Assembly: GCA_963707915.1 (NCBI GenBank)
Contig: OY970178.1
Span: 2,048,001 to 2,112,000, forward strand
Source: Candidatus Eiseniibacteriota bacterium
GTDB taxonomy: Bacteria > Eisenbacteria > RBG-16-71-46
Direction: 5' to 3'
DNA length: 64,000 nucleotides
Program-made: the position numbers and the translations under genes
Shown here: positions 50,430 through 59,853 of the stretch, piece by piece
Layout of the letters: each line of letters opens with the position of its first letter
Position numbering within the stretch: position 1 is the first letter of the stretch
Notes under the pieces: model-generated
The model's database searches: none
Told to the model about the DNA's origin: nothing
The model's input: only the letters and a program-made list of their open reading frames with translations

Positions 50430-51046
50430 CGCCCGGCCCCCGGCCGGCGGCGGGCCACCCCGGCCGGCGCCCGCACCGCGGCCCCCCGCCGCGCCCGGGC
50501 CGGCGTGCGCGTCGCCTTCGCCCGCGCCGCCGGCTTCGGCGCGCGCGCGGACCGCTTGCGGACCGCGGCCTGCGACTCGCGCGCCGCCGCCCTCACGGCG
50601 TTCACGATCATCTGGTAGCCGGTGCAACGGCAGAGGTTCCCGGCGAGCGCCTCGCGCACCTCGCCGTCGCCGGGCACGCGGCCCTTGGCGCGGGCGAGCA
50701 GGGCGTGCGCGGTGACCAGGATGCCGGGCGTGCAGCTGCCGCACTGCGTGCCGCCGCGCTCGACGAACGCGCGCTGGAGCACGGAGAGAGCGGGGCCCTT
50801 CGCGAGGCCCTCGACCGTCACGATCCGCACGCCGGCGGCCTGGACCGCCGGCACCAGGCAGGAGTTCACCGGCATGCCGTCCATCAACACCGTGCAGGCG
50901 CCGCACTCCCCCTCGCCGCAGCCTTCCTTGGTGCCGGTCAGCCCGCAGTCCTCGCGCAGCACGTCGAGCAGCCGCTTCATCGGCGGCACGCGGACCCGGC
51001 GCTTCCTCCCGTTGACCGTGAAGTCCAGCGTCAGCACCGCGCTCAT
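50426..51046 (-). CDS. Xanthine dehydrogenase/CoxS-family 2x[2Fe-2S] subunit
   Basis: GTKEGCGEGECGACTV, QCGSCTPG and GNLCRCTGY motifs. Confidence 0.93.
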   Translation of the reverse strand: MSAVLTLDFTVNGRKRRVRVPPMKRLLDVLREDCGLTGTKEGCGEGECGACTVLMDGMPVNSCLVPAVQAAGVRIVTVEGLAKGPALSVLQRAFVERGGTQCGSCTPGILVTAHALLARAKGRVPGDGEVREALAGNLCRCTGYQMIVNAVRAAARESQAAVRKRSARAPKPAARAKATRTPARARRGAAVRAPAGVARRRPGAGR

Positions 51047-53361
51047 CGCCGCTCCTCGCGCCCGCCCAGCGCGCGCAACAGCCGCTCGGGCGTGATCGGG
51101 ATCTCGTCCACGCGCGCGCCGGTGGCGTGCGCCACGGCCGCCACGACCGCTCCCGCCGGCACGTCCATGGGCAGCTCGCCCACCCCCTTGGCGCCGAACG
51201 GCCCGCCCGAGTAGGGGTTCTCGACGATGATCACGTCGAACGGCGGCGCGTCCACCGCGGTCGGGATGATGTAGTTCGTGAGCTGGTGGTTCCAGACGCG
51301 CCCGTCCTTCCAGCGCACCTCCTCGAGCAGGGCCCAGCCCAGTCCCTGCAGCGTGCCGCCCTCGATCTGCCCGGCGCACAGCAGCGGGTGGATCGCCTTG
51401 CCGATGTCCTGCGCGGTGGTGACGCGGAGCACGCGCACCTCGCCGGTGTCCAGATCCGCCTCGACCTCGACCGCGACCGCCCCGTACGAGAAGCACGGGT
51501 ACGCGTCGCCCTGGTAGGTGTCCTCGTTCCAGACGATGTGCGCCGGCTTCTGGTAGCGGCGCTCGACGCGCAGCGGCCCGCGCCCGGCGAGGAACCGCCG
51601 CGCGATCCGCCGGAAGTCCGCGTCGCCGTCGAGCGCGCGCTCGGCGAACAGCTCGAGCCGCTCGCGCATCGCCCGGGCGCACTGCTCGAGCAGTCCGCCC
51701 ACCACCATCGTGGTGCGCGAGGCCACCGTCGGGCCGCTGTTCGGCACCCGGTCGGTGTCCGGCGTCTCGACCACCACGAGGCCCGGCGACACGCCCAGGC
51801 GCTCGGCCACCATCTGCGTGAACACCGTGATGGCGCCCTGCCCGATCTCGACGTTGGCCACCAGCACCCGCGGCCGTCCCTCGGGCGACAGGTCGAGCGC
51901 GGCGAGCGAGTTGAGCCGGACCTCGCCACCGCCGGTGAAGCCCGCCCCGTGCCAGCCCAGCGCCAGCCCGATGCCGCGCCGCAGCCGGCGCCCGCCGGGC
52001 GCGAACCGGCCCGCCCGCTCGGCACGCTCCGCGGCGGCGTTCTCGCGCGCGTAGCGGCGGCGCTTCGCCGTCCAGCCCGCGCGCTGCGCGGTGCGGTCCA
52101 GCACCTCGACCGCGCTGACGCTCTCGCGCAGGACCTGCCCGGTCGGCGTCACGTCGCCCACGACGACCGCGTTGCGCCGGCGCAGGACCAGCGGGTCGAG
52201 CCCCAGTTCCGCGGCGACGCGGTCCATGTGGCTCTCCATCGCGAACACCGTCTGCGGCACGCCGAAGCCGCGGAACGCCCCGTTGGGCGGCGTATTGGTC
52301 GCCATCGCGCGCGCGCGGATCCGCACGTTGGGGCACCGGTAGGCGCCCGCCGCGTGCAGCGCCCCGCGCGAGAGCACCACCGGCGACATCGTCACGAAGG
52401 CGCCGCCGTCCATCACCACGTCCACGTCGGTCGCGACCAGCGTGCCGTCGCGCCGGTGCCCGGTGCGCACGCGGACCACCGCCGGATGGCGCTTCGTGGT
52501 GGCCGCGATGTCCTCGAGGCGGTCGTAGACCAGCTTCACCGGCCGGCCGCTCTTCCAGGCGAGCAGCGCCGCGTGCCCGCCGATCATCGACGGGTAGTCC
52601 TCCTTGCCGCCGAAGCCCCCGCCGGTGACCGTCTGGACCACGCGGATCTTCTCCGCCGGCAGGGCGAACGCGCGCTGCAGCGCGTGGTGCACGAAGTAGG
52701 GGCACTGCATCGAGCCGCGCACCACGAGGCCGCCGTCGGCCGTGCGCTCGCCGATCACGCCGTTGTTCTCGAGGTAGAGTTGCTCCTGGTGCCCGCAGCG
52801 GTAGAGCCCCTCGACCACGACGTCGGCCTCGGCGAAGCCCGCGGCCAGCTCGCCCCGCGCGATGTTGTACTCCTTGAGGACATTGTCCGCGCCGTGGATC
52901 TTCAGCCGCGCCGCGAGGGAGTCCTCGATCGTGAGCACCGCGTCGAGCGACTCCACTTCGACCCGCACCGCACCGAGGGCGGCCTGCGCCCGTTCGGGAT
53001 CGGCGTGCGCCAGCAGCAGGATGGCCTGGTCCGCGTGCTCGATCCGGTGCGCGACCAGCAGCGGCTGGTCCTCGGTGAGGTGGGCCACGCAGTTCTCGCC
53101 CGGGATGTCCTTGTGGTCGGCGATCACCACGCCGTTCCAGTCGAATGCCGGGTCGAACTCGATGCGGCGGATGACCCCGCGCGCGACCGTGGAACGCACG
53201 GTGCGCCCGTGGAGCAATCCGGGGACCTTCAGGTCGTCCACGTAGAGGGAGCGGCCGGTGACCTTGTCCTCCCCGTCGCGCTTGGGAACGTTCGCGCCCA
53301 CGGCCGGTTCGGGCCGCAACGTGGTCTTTCGGCGGGTGCTCAGCGTGGAGGCACGGGTCAT
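51043..53361 (-). CDS. Xanthine dehydrogenase-family molybdopterin subunit
   Basis: GGGFGGK, AFRGFG, EIGQG, GQIEGG and GAKGVGE motifs. Confidence 0.93.
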   Translation of the reverse strand: MTRASTLSTRRKTTLRPEPAVGANVPKRDGEDKVTGRSLYVDDLKVPGLLHGRTVRSTVARGVIRRIEFDPAFDWNGVVIADHKDIPGENCVAHLTEDQPLLVAHRIEHADQAILLLAHADPERAQAALGAVRVEVESLDAVLTIEDSLAARLKIHGADNVLKEYNIARGELAAGFAEADVVVEGLYRCGHQEQLYLENNGVIGERTADGGLVVRGSMQCPYFVHHALQRAFALPAEKIRVVQTVTGGGFGGKEDYPSMIGGHAALLAWKSGRPVKLVYDRLEDIAATTKRHPAVVRVRTGHRRDGTLVATDVDVVMDGGAFVTMSPVVLSRGALHAAGAYRCPNVRIRARAMATNTPPNGAFRGFGVPQTVFAMESHMDRVAAELGLDPLVLRRRNAVVVGDVTPTGQVLRESVSAVEVLDRTAQRAGWTAKRRRYARENAAAERAERAGRFAPGGRRLRRGIGLALGWHGAGFTGGGEVRLNSLAALDLSPEGRPRVLVANVEIGQGAITVFTQMVAERLGVSPGLVVVETPDTDRVPNSGPTVASRTTMVVGGLLEQCARAMRERLELFAERALDGDADFRRIARRFLAGRGPLRVERRYQKPAHIVWNEDTYQGDAYPCFSYGAVAVEVEADLDTGEVRVLRVTTAQDIGKAIHPLLCAGQIEGGTLQGLGWALLEEVRWKDGRVWNHQLTNYIIPTAVDAPPFDVIIVENPYSGGPFGAKGVGELPMDVPAGAVVAAVAHATGARVDEIPITPERLLRALGGREERR

Positions 53362-53421
53362 CCAAATCAGGTTACGACGCCGGACGCCGGTGCTCCAAAT
53401 CGACCGCGGAGCGGTCCACCT

Positions 53422-53707
53422 CGACCGGGCACAGCGGTGGGACGCAGACGCGGCGTGGAGGGCGAGCGTGTCCGTACCTGGCTGCCCTCCGCATCGTGTC
53501 GGTCCCGCCGCCCCCCGACCGGGCACAGCGGCGGGGCCGGCGCGGTCCGGAGGGCGAGCGTGTCCGTACGTAGCCGGCCTCCGGATCGTGCCGGTCCCGC
53601 CGCCCCCGCTCGAGCACGCGGCGGGGCGCAGACACGGTCCGGAGGGCGAGCGTGTCCGTACGTAGCCGTCCTCCGGATCGTGCCGGTCCCGCCGCCCCCG
53701 CTCGAGC
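53422..53707. repeat. Three tandem ~92-bp hairpin units (family B)
   Basis: Core GGAGGGCGAGCGTGTCCGTAC at 53457, 53549 and 53641; each unit folds back on itself. Confidence 0.88.
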
Positions 53708-53765
53708 GAGCAACGGACACGTCGGCCGGTCGGCCGCGCCACCCGCCCCCATGCTATCCTGCGGC

Positions 53766-55724
53766 ATGCGCCGTTCGCTGCCGTGGGTCGCGCCCATCCT
53801 CGCGGCCGTCCTCGCCGGTTGCGCGCCCGGGACCGGCGGGACCGGCCCGTCCTCGGCCGGCGGCCCGCGCTACTTCGGCAGCGTGCGCCCGCCGCGCGGC
53901 GACGTGCTGCGCTTCAACAACGGCGCCGAGCCCGAGACCATCGACCCCGCGCTGGTCTCCGGCCAGTCCGACGGACGCCTCGCCCGCGCCCTGTTCGAGG
54001 GCCTCACCACCTCCGACCCGCGAACGCTCGCGCCGCGTCCCGGGCAGGCCTCACGCTGGGAGACCAGCGCGGACGGGCTGACCTGGACGTTCCACCTGCG
54101 GCCCGGCCTGGCCTGGAGCGACGGCGCCCCGCTCACCGCACGCGACTTCGTCTGGTCGTGGCTGCGGGTGCTGCGCCCCGCGACCGCCGCGCGCAACGCC
54201 GGCCTGCTCTACGCCATCGCCGGCGCCGAAGCGTACCACCGGGGGTCCGCCGCCGACTCGACGCGCGTCGGGCTCTCCGCCCCCGACGACACCACGCTCG
54301 TGGTGCGCCTGTCATCGCCCGTGCCCTACCTGCTCGAGCTCGCCGCCTACCCGACGTGGCTGCCCGTGCCCCGCCACGCGGTCGAGCGCTGGGGCGCGCG
54401 CTGGACGCGGCCCGGGAACATCGTCTCGAACGGCGCCTTCGTGCTCGAGCGCTGGCGCCAGAACGACCGCTTCGAGTTGGCGCGGAACCCGCGCTACCGC
54501 GACGCCAAGCGCGTGCGGCTCGACCGGGTCGTGGCGTACTCCGTGGACGACCTCAGCACCTCGTCCAACCTCTACCAGTCCGGGCGGCTCGACTGGAACA
54601 CCAGCGGCTACGTGCCTTCGCCCTTCGTCCCATGGCTGCGCGGCAAGGCCGACTTCCGCAGCGCCCCCTTCCAGGCCGTCTACTTCTACTCCATGAACGT
54701 GACGCGCCGGCCGTTCGACGACGTGCGCGTGCGCCGCGCGCTGAACCTCGCGGTGGACCGCGACGCGATCGCCCGCGACCTGCTCAAGGGCACGCGCGCG
54801 CCGTGGGGCCGGCTCACGCCGCAGGGCTACCCCGGCTACCCGGCACCGCCGCCGCTGCGCCACGACCCGGTGGCGGCCCGCGCCGCGCTGGCGCAGGCGG
54901 GCTACCCCGGCGGACGGGGCTTCCCCGGGATCTCGATCCTGTTCAGCACCAGCGAGGACCACCGCCGCATCGCCGAGGCGGTGCAGGCGATGTGGACCCA
55001 GGAGCTCGGCATCCCGGTCGAGCTGCGGAACATGGAGTGGGGCTCGACCCTGCAGGCCATGACCACGCTGCAGTACGACGTGGCGCGGCGATCGTGGATC
55101 GGCGACTACCTCGACCCCGGCACCTTCCTCGAGATCATGCGCGGCGGCGACGGCAACAACCGCACCGGCTGGAGCGACGCGCGCTACGACCGGCTGCTGC
55201 TGGAGGCCCGCGGCCAGGCCGACCCGGCGCAGCGCCTGCGCGTGCTCGCCCGGGCGGAATCGCTGCTGCTGGCGGACGGGCCGGTCATCCCCATCTACCA
55301 CTACGCGACGGTCGAGCTGGTGAAGCCCTACGTGCGCGGCATCTGGTCGAATGCGCTGGACGTCCACCCGCTCGAGGACGTCTGGATCGACCACGCCTGG
55401 CGCCCGGGAACGGAGCCCAGTGCCGTGGTGATCGCCAGAATGCGGGCCGCGGAGCGACGACACGGCCGGGCACCCGCCGAAGGCGAATCGGTGGAGTGCA
55501 TGGTGCCTCTGCTCGGACTCAGGGGTGCGCCAGGCCGCGCCGCGGAGCGCAGACACGGCCGGGTGTCCGAGCGCATGGTGCCTCGGCCCGGACGTCAGGC
55601 CGCGCAAGCGCCGGGCGCGGAGCTTGCACGGCCCGATCGCGGAGCAACGGCACCATGCGCTCCGCGATCGGGCCGCGTCTGCGCTCCGCGCCCTGCCCCG
55701 CACGCCGACGGAGCGACGTCGTGA
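53766..55724 (+). CDS. oppA: Oligopeptide ABC transporter substrate-binding lipoprotein with a repeat-derived C-terminal tail
   Basis: LAGC lipobox, EPETIDP, WTFHLR..WSDG, VSNGAF and WIGDYLDP motifs. Confidence 0.9.
   Translation: MRRSLPWVAPILAAVLAGCAPGTGGTGPSSAGGPRYFGSVRPPRGDVLRFNNGAEPETIDPALVSGQSDGRLARALFEGLTTSDPRTLAPRPGQASRWETSADGLTWTFHLRPGLAWSDGAPLTARDFVWSWLRVLRPATAARNAGLLYAIAGAEAYHRGSAADSTRVGLSAPDDTTLVVRLSSPVPYLLELAAYPTWLPVPRHAVERWGARWTRPGNIVSNGAFVLERWRQNDRFELARNPRYRDAKRVRLDRVVAYSVDDLSTSSNLYQSGRLDWNTSGYVPSPFVPWLRGKADFRSAPFQAVYFYSMNVTRRPFDDVRVRRALNLAVDRDAIARDLLKGTRAPWGRLTPQGYPGYPAPPPLRHDPVAARAALAQAGYPGGRGFPGISILFSTSEDHRRIAEAVQAMWTQELGIPVELRNMEWGSTLQAMTTLQYDVARRSWIGDYLDPGTFLEIMRGGDGNNRTGWSDARYDRLLLEARGQADPAQRLRVLARAESLLLADGPVIPIYHYATVELVKPYVRGIWSNALDVHPLEDVWIDHAWRPGTEPSAVVIARMRAAERRHGRAPAEGESVECMVPLLGLRGAPGRAAERRHGRVSERMVPRPGRQAAQAPGAELARPDRGATAPCAPRSGRVCAPRPAPHADGATS
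55445..55692. repeat. Cluster of three family A hairpins inside the 3' end of oppA
   Basis: GCATGGTGCC cores near 55498 and 55573, and inverted at 55646-55658 within a perfect 17-bp stem (55629-55675). Confidence 0.8.
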
Positions 55725-56638
55725 CCCGCTACGTCGTGCGCCGGCTGCTGCTCTTCGTCCCCACGCTGTGGGCGATCGCGACGCTGACCTTCTTCCTGGT
55801 ACGGCTCGCCCCCGGCGGGCCGTTCAACGCCGAGCGCGACATCCCGCCGGCGGCGCGCGCGGCGCTGGCGCAGAAGTACGGGCTCGACCGTCCGCTCGCG
55901 GTGCAGTACGTCACCTTCCTCGCCCGGGCCGCCCGGCTCGACTTCGGGCCCTCGTACAAGTTCCCCGCGCGCCAGGTGCGCGAGATCATCCTCGAGGGCT
56001 TCCCGGTCTCGGCCGAGCTCGGGGGCTGGGCGCTGCTGGTCGCGCTGCTCGCGGGCATCCCGCTCGGCGTCGTCGCCGCGCAGCGCCAGAACACCGCGGC
56101 CGACACCGCCGTCATGGCGGTCGCGCTGGCCGGGGTCTCGGTCCCCAGCTTCGTGCTCGGCCCGCTGCTGGTGCTGGCCTTCTCGCTCGGCCTCTGCTGG
56201 CTGCCGCCCGCGCTGTGGGAGGGGCCGCAGAGCCGCGTGCTGCCGGTGCTCACGCTCTCGGCCGCCTACGTCGCCTACGTCGCACGCCTGACGCGCGCCG
56301 GCATGCTCGAGGCGCTGCGCCAGGACTTCATCCGCACCGCACGCGCCAAGGGGTTGCCCGAGGGCGCGGTCGTGCTCAAGCACGCGCTGCGGCTGGGACT
56401 GCTGCCGGTGCTCTCCTACCTCGGCCCGGCCGCCGCGGCGGTCGTCATGGGCTCGCTCGTGGTCGAGCAGGTCTTCGCCGTGCCCGGCCTGGGCCGCACC
56501 CTGGTCTACGGCGCGTTCAACCGCGACTACACGCTGGTGATGGGCGTGGTCCTGTTCTACGCCGCGTTCCTGATGGCGCTCAACCTGCTCGTGGACCTCG
56601 CCCAGGCCTGGCTCGATCCGCGCGTGGAGCTGAGGTGA
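55721..56638 (+). CDS. oppB: Oligopeptide ABC permease
   Basis: APGGPF, DFGPSY, DFIRTARAKGL and RDY motifs. Confidence 0.93.
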   Translation: MTRYVVRRLLLFVPTLWAIATLTFFLVRLAPGGPFNAERDIPPAARAALAQKYGLDRPLAVQYVTFLARAARLDFGPSYKFPARQVREIILEGFPVSAELGGWALLVALLAGIPLGVVAAQRQNTAADTAVMAVALAGVSVPSFVLGPLLVLAFSLGLCWLPPALWEGPQSRVLPVLTLSAAYVAYVARLTRAGMLEALRQDFIRTARAKGLPEGAVVLKHALRLGLLPVLSYLGPAAAAVVMGSLVVEQVFAVPGLGRTLVYGAFNRDYTLVMGVVLFYAAFLMALNLLVDLAQAWLDPRVELR

Positions 56639-56645
56639 GCCGCGC

Positions 56646-57548
56646 ATGAGCGCCACGACCGCGCCCGCCGTGATCGCCGCCGCCGGCGGCCCGCCTCGAA
56701 GCCTGTGGTCCGACGCGCGGCGGCGGCTCGGCCGCAACCGCGCCGCCGTGGCGGCGGCGTGGCTGCTCGCCTTCGTCGCGCTCGCCTGCTTCGCCGCGCC
56801 CTGGCTGCCGGGCCTCGCCGCGCCGGCCGCGCAGGACCTTCGGCTGGGCGCGGCGGCGCCCACGGTCGCGCATCCCTTCGGCACCGACGAGCTGGGGCGC
56901 GACCTGCTCGCGCGCGTGCTCTACGGCGGGCGCATCTCGCTGCTGGTCGGGCTCGTCGGAACGATCGTGAGCCTGCTCGTGGGCGTCAGCTGGGGCGCGA
57001 TCGCCGGCTACGCCGGCGGCAAGCTGGACGAGTTCATGATGCGCACCGTGGACGTGCTCTACGCCCTGCCCAACATCTTCCTGGTCATCCTGCTGATGGT
57101 CCTCTTCAGCCGCAGCCTGCTCATGCTCTTCGTCGCGCTCGGGCTGGTCCAGTGGCTGACCATGGCGCGGATCGTGCGCGGGCAGGTGCTCTCGCTGAAG
57201 CACCAGACCTTCGTCGAAGCCGCGCGGGCGCTGGGGGCGGGTGACCGGAGCATCGTCTTCCGGCACATCGTGCCCAACGCGCTGGGCCCGGTGGTGGTCT
57301 ACGCCACGCTCACCGTGCCGGCCGTGATCCTGCAGGAGGCGTTCCTCTCGTTCCTCGGCCTGGGGGTGCAGCCGCCGGACGCCTCGTGGGGCACGCTCAT
57401 CGCCGACGGCGCCCGGGTGATGGCGCTCTTCCCCTGGCTGGTGGTCTTCCCCGGCCTGGCGCTCTCGCTCACCCTGCTGGCGTTCAACTTCCTGGGCGAC
57501 GGCCTGCGCGACGCACTGGACCCGCAGGACCGGCGGCAGGGGCGCTGA
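56646..57548 (+). CDS. oppC: Oligopeptide ABC permease
   Basis: FGTDELGRD, FVEAARALG, LSFLGLG and GDGLRDALDP motifs. Confidence 0.94.
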   Translation: MSATTAPAVIAAAGGPPRSLWSDARRRLGRNRAAVAAAWLLAFVALACFAAPWLPGLAAPAAQDLRLGAAAPTVAHPFGTDELGRDLLARVLYGGRISLLVGLVGTIVSLLVGVSWGAIAGYAGGKLDEFMMRTVDVLYALPNIFLVILLMVLFSRSLLMLFVALGLVQWLTMARIVRGQVLSLKHQTFVEAARALGAGDRSIVFRHIVPNALGPVVVYATLTVPAVILQEAFLSFLGLGVQPPDASWGTLIADGARVMALFPWLVVFPGLALSLTLLAFNFLGDGLRDALDPQDRRQGR

Positions 57549-57749
57549 GGCGAGGCGCCGGGCCGGCGCCCCGCGGGGTCCGGGCGCCCCGGCCCCCGGC
57601 TGGTCCGTTGGTTGGCCCCGGGGTGGCCAAAGGTAGTATCATCAGGCACCTGCTTGCCTGGGCCCGGCGCACCCACCCCGGGAAGCGGACATCTACAAAG
57701 CACCTGCGGCCTCGTTCCAGCCGACACCACCGACCGAAGGGAATCACCG

Positions 57750-58541
57750 ATGAGTCGCCCCCGTCCGCGCCCGAAGCCACGTGCCGCCGCCCGCCCGGCG
57801 CCGGTCCGCACGCCCCGCATCCGCATCGTCGTCGCCGACGGCCAGGCCATCGATCGGCAGGGGCTCATGAGCCTCCTGACCGCACAGCCCGACTTCGAGT
57901 GCGTGGGCGAGGCCGCCAACGCGGGCGAGGCGATCGAGCGCTGTGCCAGCCTCCAGCCCGCCCTGCTGGTGCTGACCCTCAACCTGCCCAGCGACTCGGG
58001 CGAGACGGCCCTGCCGGTGATCCACGCCGCGCTGCCGGGCCTGCGCATCCTCGCGATCTCCGAGCGCGGGGTGGCCAACTGCCTCATCCTGAGCCCGCCC
58101 ACCCGCTCGCGGCTGGCCGCGTACTCGCACGTGCCCCGCTGCGAGAGCGGCACCGACTGCCTGCAGCTGGCGATGGCCCACGGCGCGCTCGGCACGGTGC
58201 GGCGCAGTGCCGACCCGGAGGCGCTGTTCCGGACGGTGCGCGCGGTGGCCGCCGGGCAGGCGGCCTACGAGCCGCGCACCGGCATGGCGCTCGCCCAGGG
58301 CGGCCCCGGCGTCGGCGGCGCTTCCGGCCTCTCGGTGCGCGAGATGGACGTGGCCGTGCTGCTGGCCGAAGGCCAGTCCAACAAGGAGATCTCGGCGCTG
58401 CTCTCGATCAGCGAGCCGACGGTGAAGAAGCACGTCGGGCAGATCCTGAAGAAGCTGCGCGTGCAGGACCGGCTCCAGGCGGGGCTCTTCGTGGCCCGCC
58501 ACCCGCTGATCTTCTCGCGGAACGGGACCTCGGCGGGCTGA
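57750..58541 (+). CDS. NarL/LuxR-type regulator with a degenerate receiver domain
   Basis: C-terminal LSVRE..GQSNKEI..ISEPTVKKHV HTH; the receiver lacks the phosphoacceptor Asp. Confidence 0.85.
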   Translation: MSRPRPRPKPRAAARPAPVRTPRIRIVVADGQAIDRQGLMSLLTAQPDFECVGEAANAGEAIERCASLQPALLVLTLNLPSDSGETALPVIHAALPGLRILAISERGVANCLILSPPTRSRLAAYSHVPRCESGTDCLQLAMAHGALGTVRRSADPEALFRTVRAVAAGQAAYEPRTGMALAQGGPGVGGASGLSVREMDVAVLLAEGQSNKEISALLSISEPTVKKHVGQILKKLRVQDRLQAGLFVARHPLIFSRNGTSAG

Positions 58542-58628
58542 GCCGGCAGCGCCGCTCCGCCGCCCGCCGTGCCCCGCGGGGCGCTGTCCGCGCCCGATGG
58601 CCGCGGGGTCCCGCGTCGCGCGGCCTCC

Positions 58629-59849
58629 TCATCCTCCCGCGGGGGGATCCGGCGGCGGGACCGCGGCCACGCGCTCCTCGGCCGACATCGGCCGCGCCGC
58701 GCGCACCATGTCGCGTGCCCACTCCACCGCGCCCCACACGTTCCACAGCAGCACGCCGCGCACCACGTCGTCCCGAACGTAGTAGACCACGCCCTCGCGC
58801 AGCGGCTCGCGCCATACCGTCTCGACGCGCAGCGTCGGATCGAGGTCCCCCACGGCCTCGAAGCCCAGGTCGAACAGGTCCGAGAAGAAGGTGGGGATCC
58901 CCTCGTAGCTCCGGCCGGCGCCCGCCATGTTGGCCCCGGCGCAGCGCCCCTGCTCGCGGGCGTGGTCCCAGTGCTCGACGTGGAGGCTGCGCTGCAGCGG
59001 CGCGCACGGGAAGCGGGTCACGTCGCCGGCGGCGAAGATGTCGGGGTCGGTGGTGCACGCGAACTCGTCCACCACGATGCCGTCGTCCACGTCGAGGCCG
59101 GCCGCTTCGGCCAGGTCCACCTCGGGCTCGATCCCGATGCCGACCAGCACCGTCTGGGTGGTGATGCTGCTGCCGCTCGCCAGGCGCGCGTGGATGAGTC
59201 CCTGCCCCGCCTCGAGCGCCACGACCTTGTCCTCGGAGACCGTCTCGACGCCCGCCTGGCGGTAGCGCTCCGCCACGAACCGTCCCAGCTCGCGCGGCAG
59301 CACCCGGAAGAGCGGGTACTCGCGATCGTGCAGGAACGTCACCTCCTTGCCCACGTGGCACAGCGCCGCGGCCAGCTCGGCGCCCACGAAGCCGCCGCCC
59401 ACGACCAGCGCGTGCTCGAAACGGTCGAGCCGGCTCTCCAGGAGGAGGTAGTCCTCGAGGCCGCGCACGTAGTGCACGCCCTCCACCTCGGCCCCGCCCA
59501 CCACGAGCCGGCGCGGCTTGCCGCCGGTGGCGAGCAGCAGGCGCTCGTAGCCATGCTCGACCCCGCGCTCGTCCCACAGCAGGTGCCGTGCGGGATCCAG
59601 CTCGACCGCCTCGCGGCGCAGCAGCAACTCGACCCCGTTCTCGCGGTAGAAGCCGTCCGGGTGGACGGGCAGCTCGTCCTTGGTGGACTTGCCGAACCAC
59701 AGCCCCTTCGAGAGCGGCGGCCGGTGGTAGGGCGGGAAGTTCTCGCGCCCGAGCATCAGGATGCCGCCCTCGCGGTCGTGCGCGCGGATGCCCTCGATGG
59801 CCGAGGCGCCCGCGAGCCCGCCGCCGACGATCACGTACTTGTGGCGCAT
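58629..59849 (-). CDS. FAD-dependent NAD(P)H oxidoreductase (ferredoxin reductase/AIF-like)
   Basis: GGGLAG, YHRPPLSK, GGGFVGAE, AAGD, VEHWDHA and FFSDL motifs. Confidence 0.9.
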   Translation of the reverse strand: MRHKYVIVGGGLAGASAIEGIRAHDREGGILMLGRENFPPYHRPPLSKGLWFGKSTKDELPVHPDGFYRENGVELLLRREAVELDPARHLLWDERGVEHGYERLLLATGGKPRRLVVGGAEVEGVHYVRGLEDYLLLESRLDRFEHALVVGGGFVGAELAAALCHVGKEVTFLHDREYPLFRVLPRELGRFVAERYRQAGVETVSEDKVVALEAGQGLIHARLASGSSITTQTVLVGIGIEPEVDLAEAAGLDVDDGIVVDEFACTTDPDIFAAGDVTRFPCAPLQRSLHVEHWDHAREQGRCAGANMAGAGRSYEGIPTFFSDLFDLGFEAVGDLDPTLRVETVWREPLREGVVYYVRDDVVRGVLLWNVWGAVEWARDMVRAARPMSAEERVAAVPPPDPPAGG

Positions 59850-59853
59850 GGCG

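Noticed and set aside
49542..53361. Aerobic CO dehydrogenase
   Set aside because: The large subunit has AFRGFG and lacks the AYxCSFR signature of form I CoxL; it is a generic xanthine-oxidase-family enzyme.
53422..53707. Possible CRISPR array (regular 92-bp period)
   Set aside because: The whole unit repeats with no unique spacers, there are only three units, and no cas genes are in the window.
51127..54081. Long antisense and alternate-frame ORFs (984 aa here, and many others across the window)
   Set aside because: Arg/Ala/Pro-rich shadow ORFs expected at this GC content, lying opposite well-supported genes.
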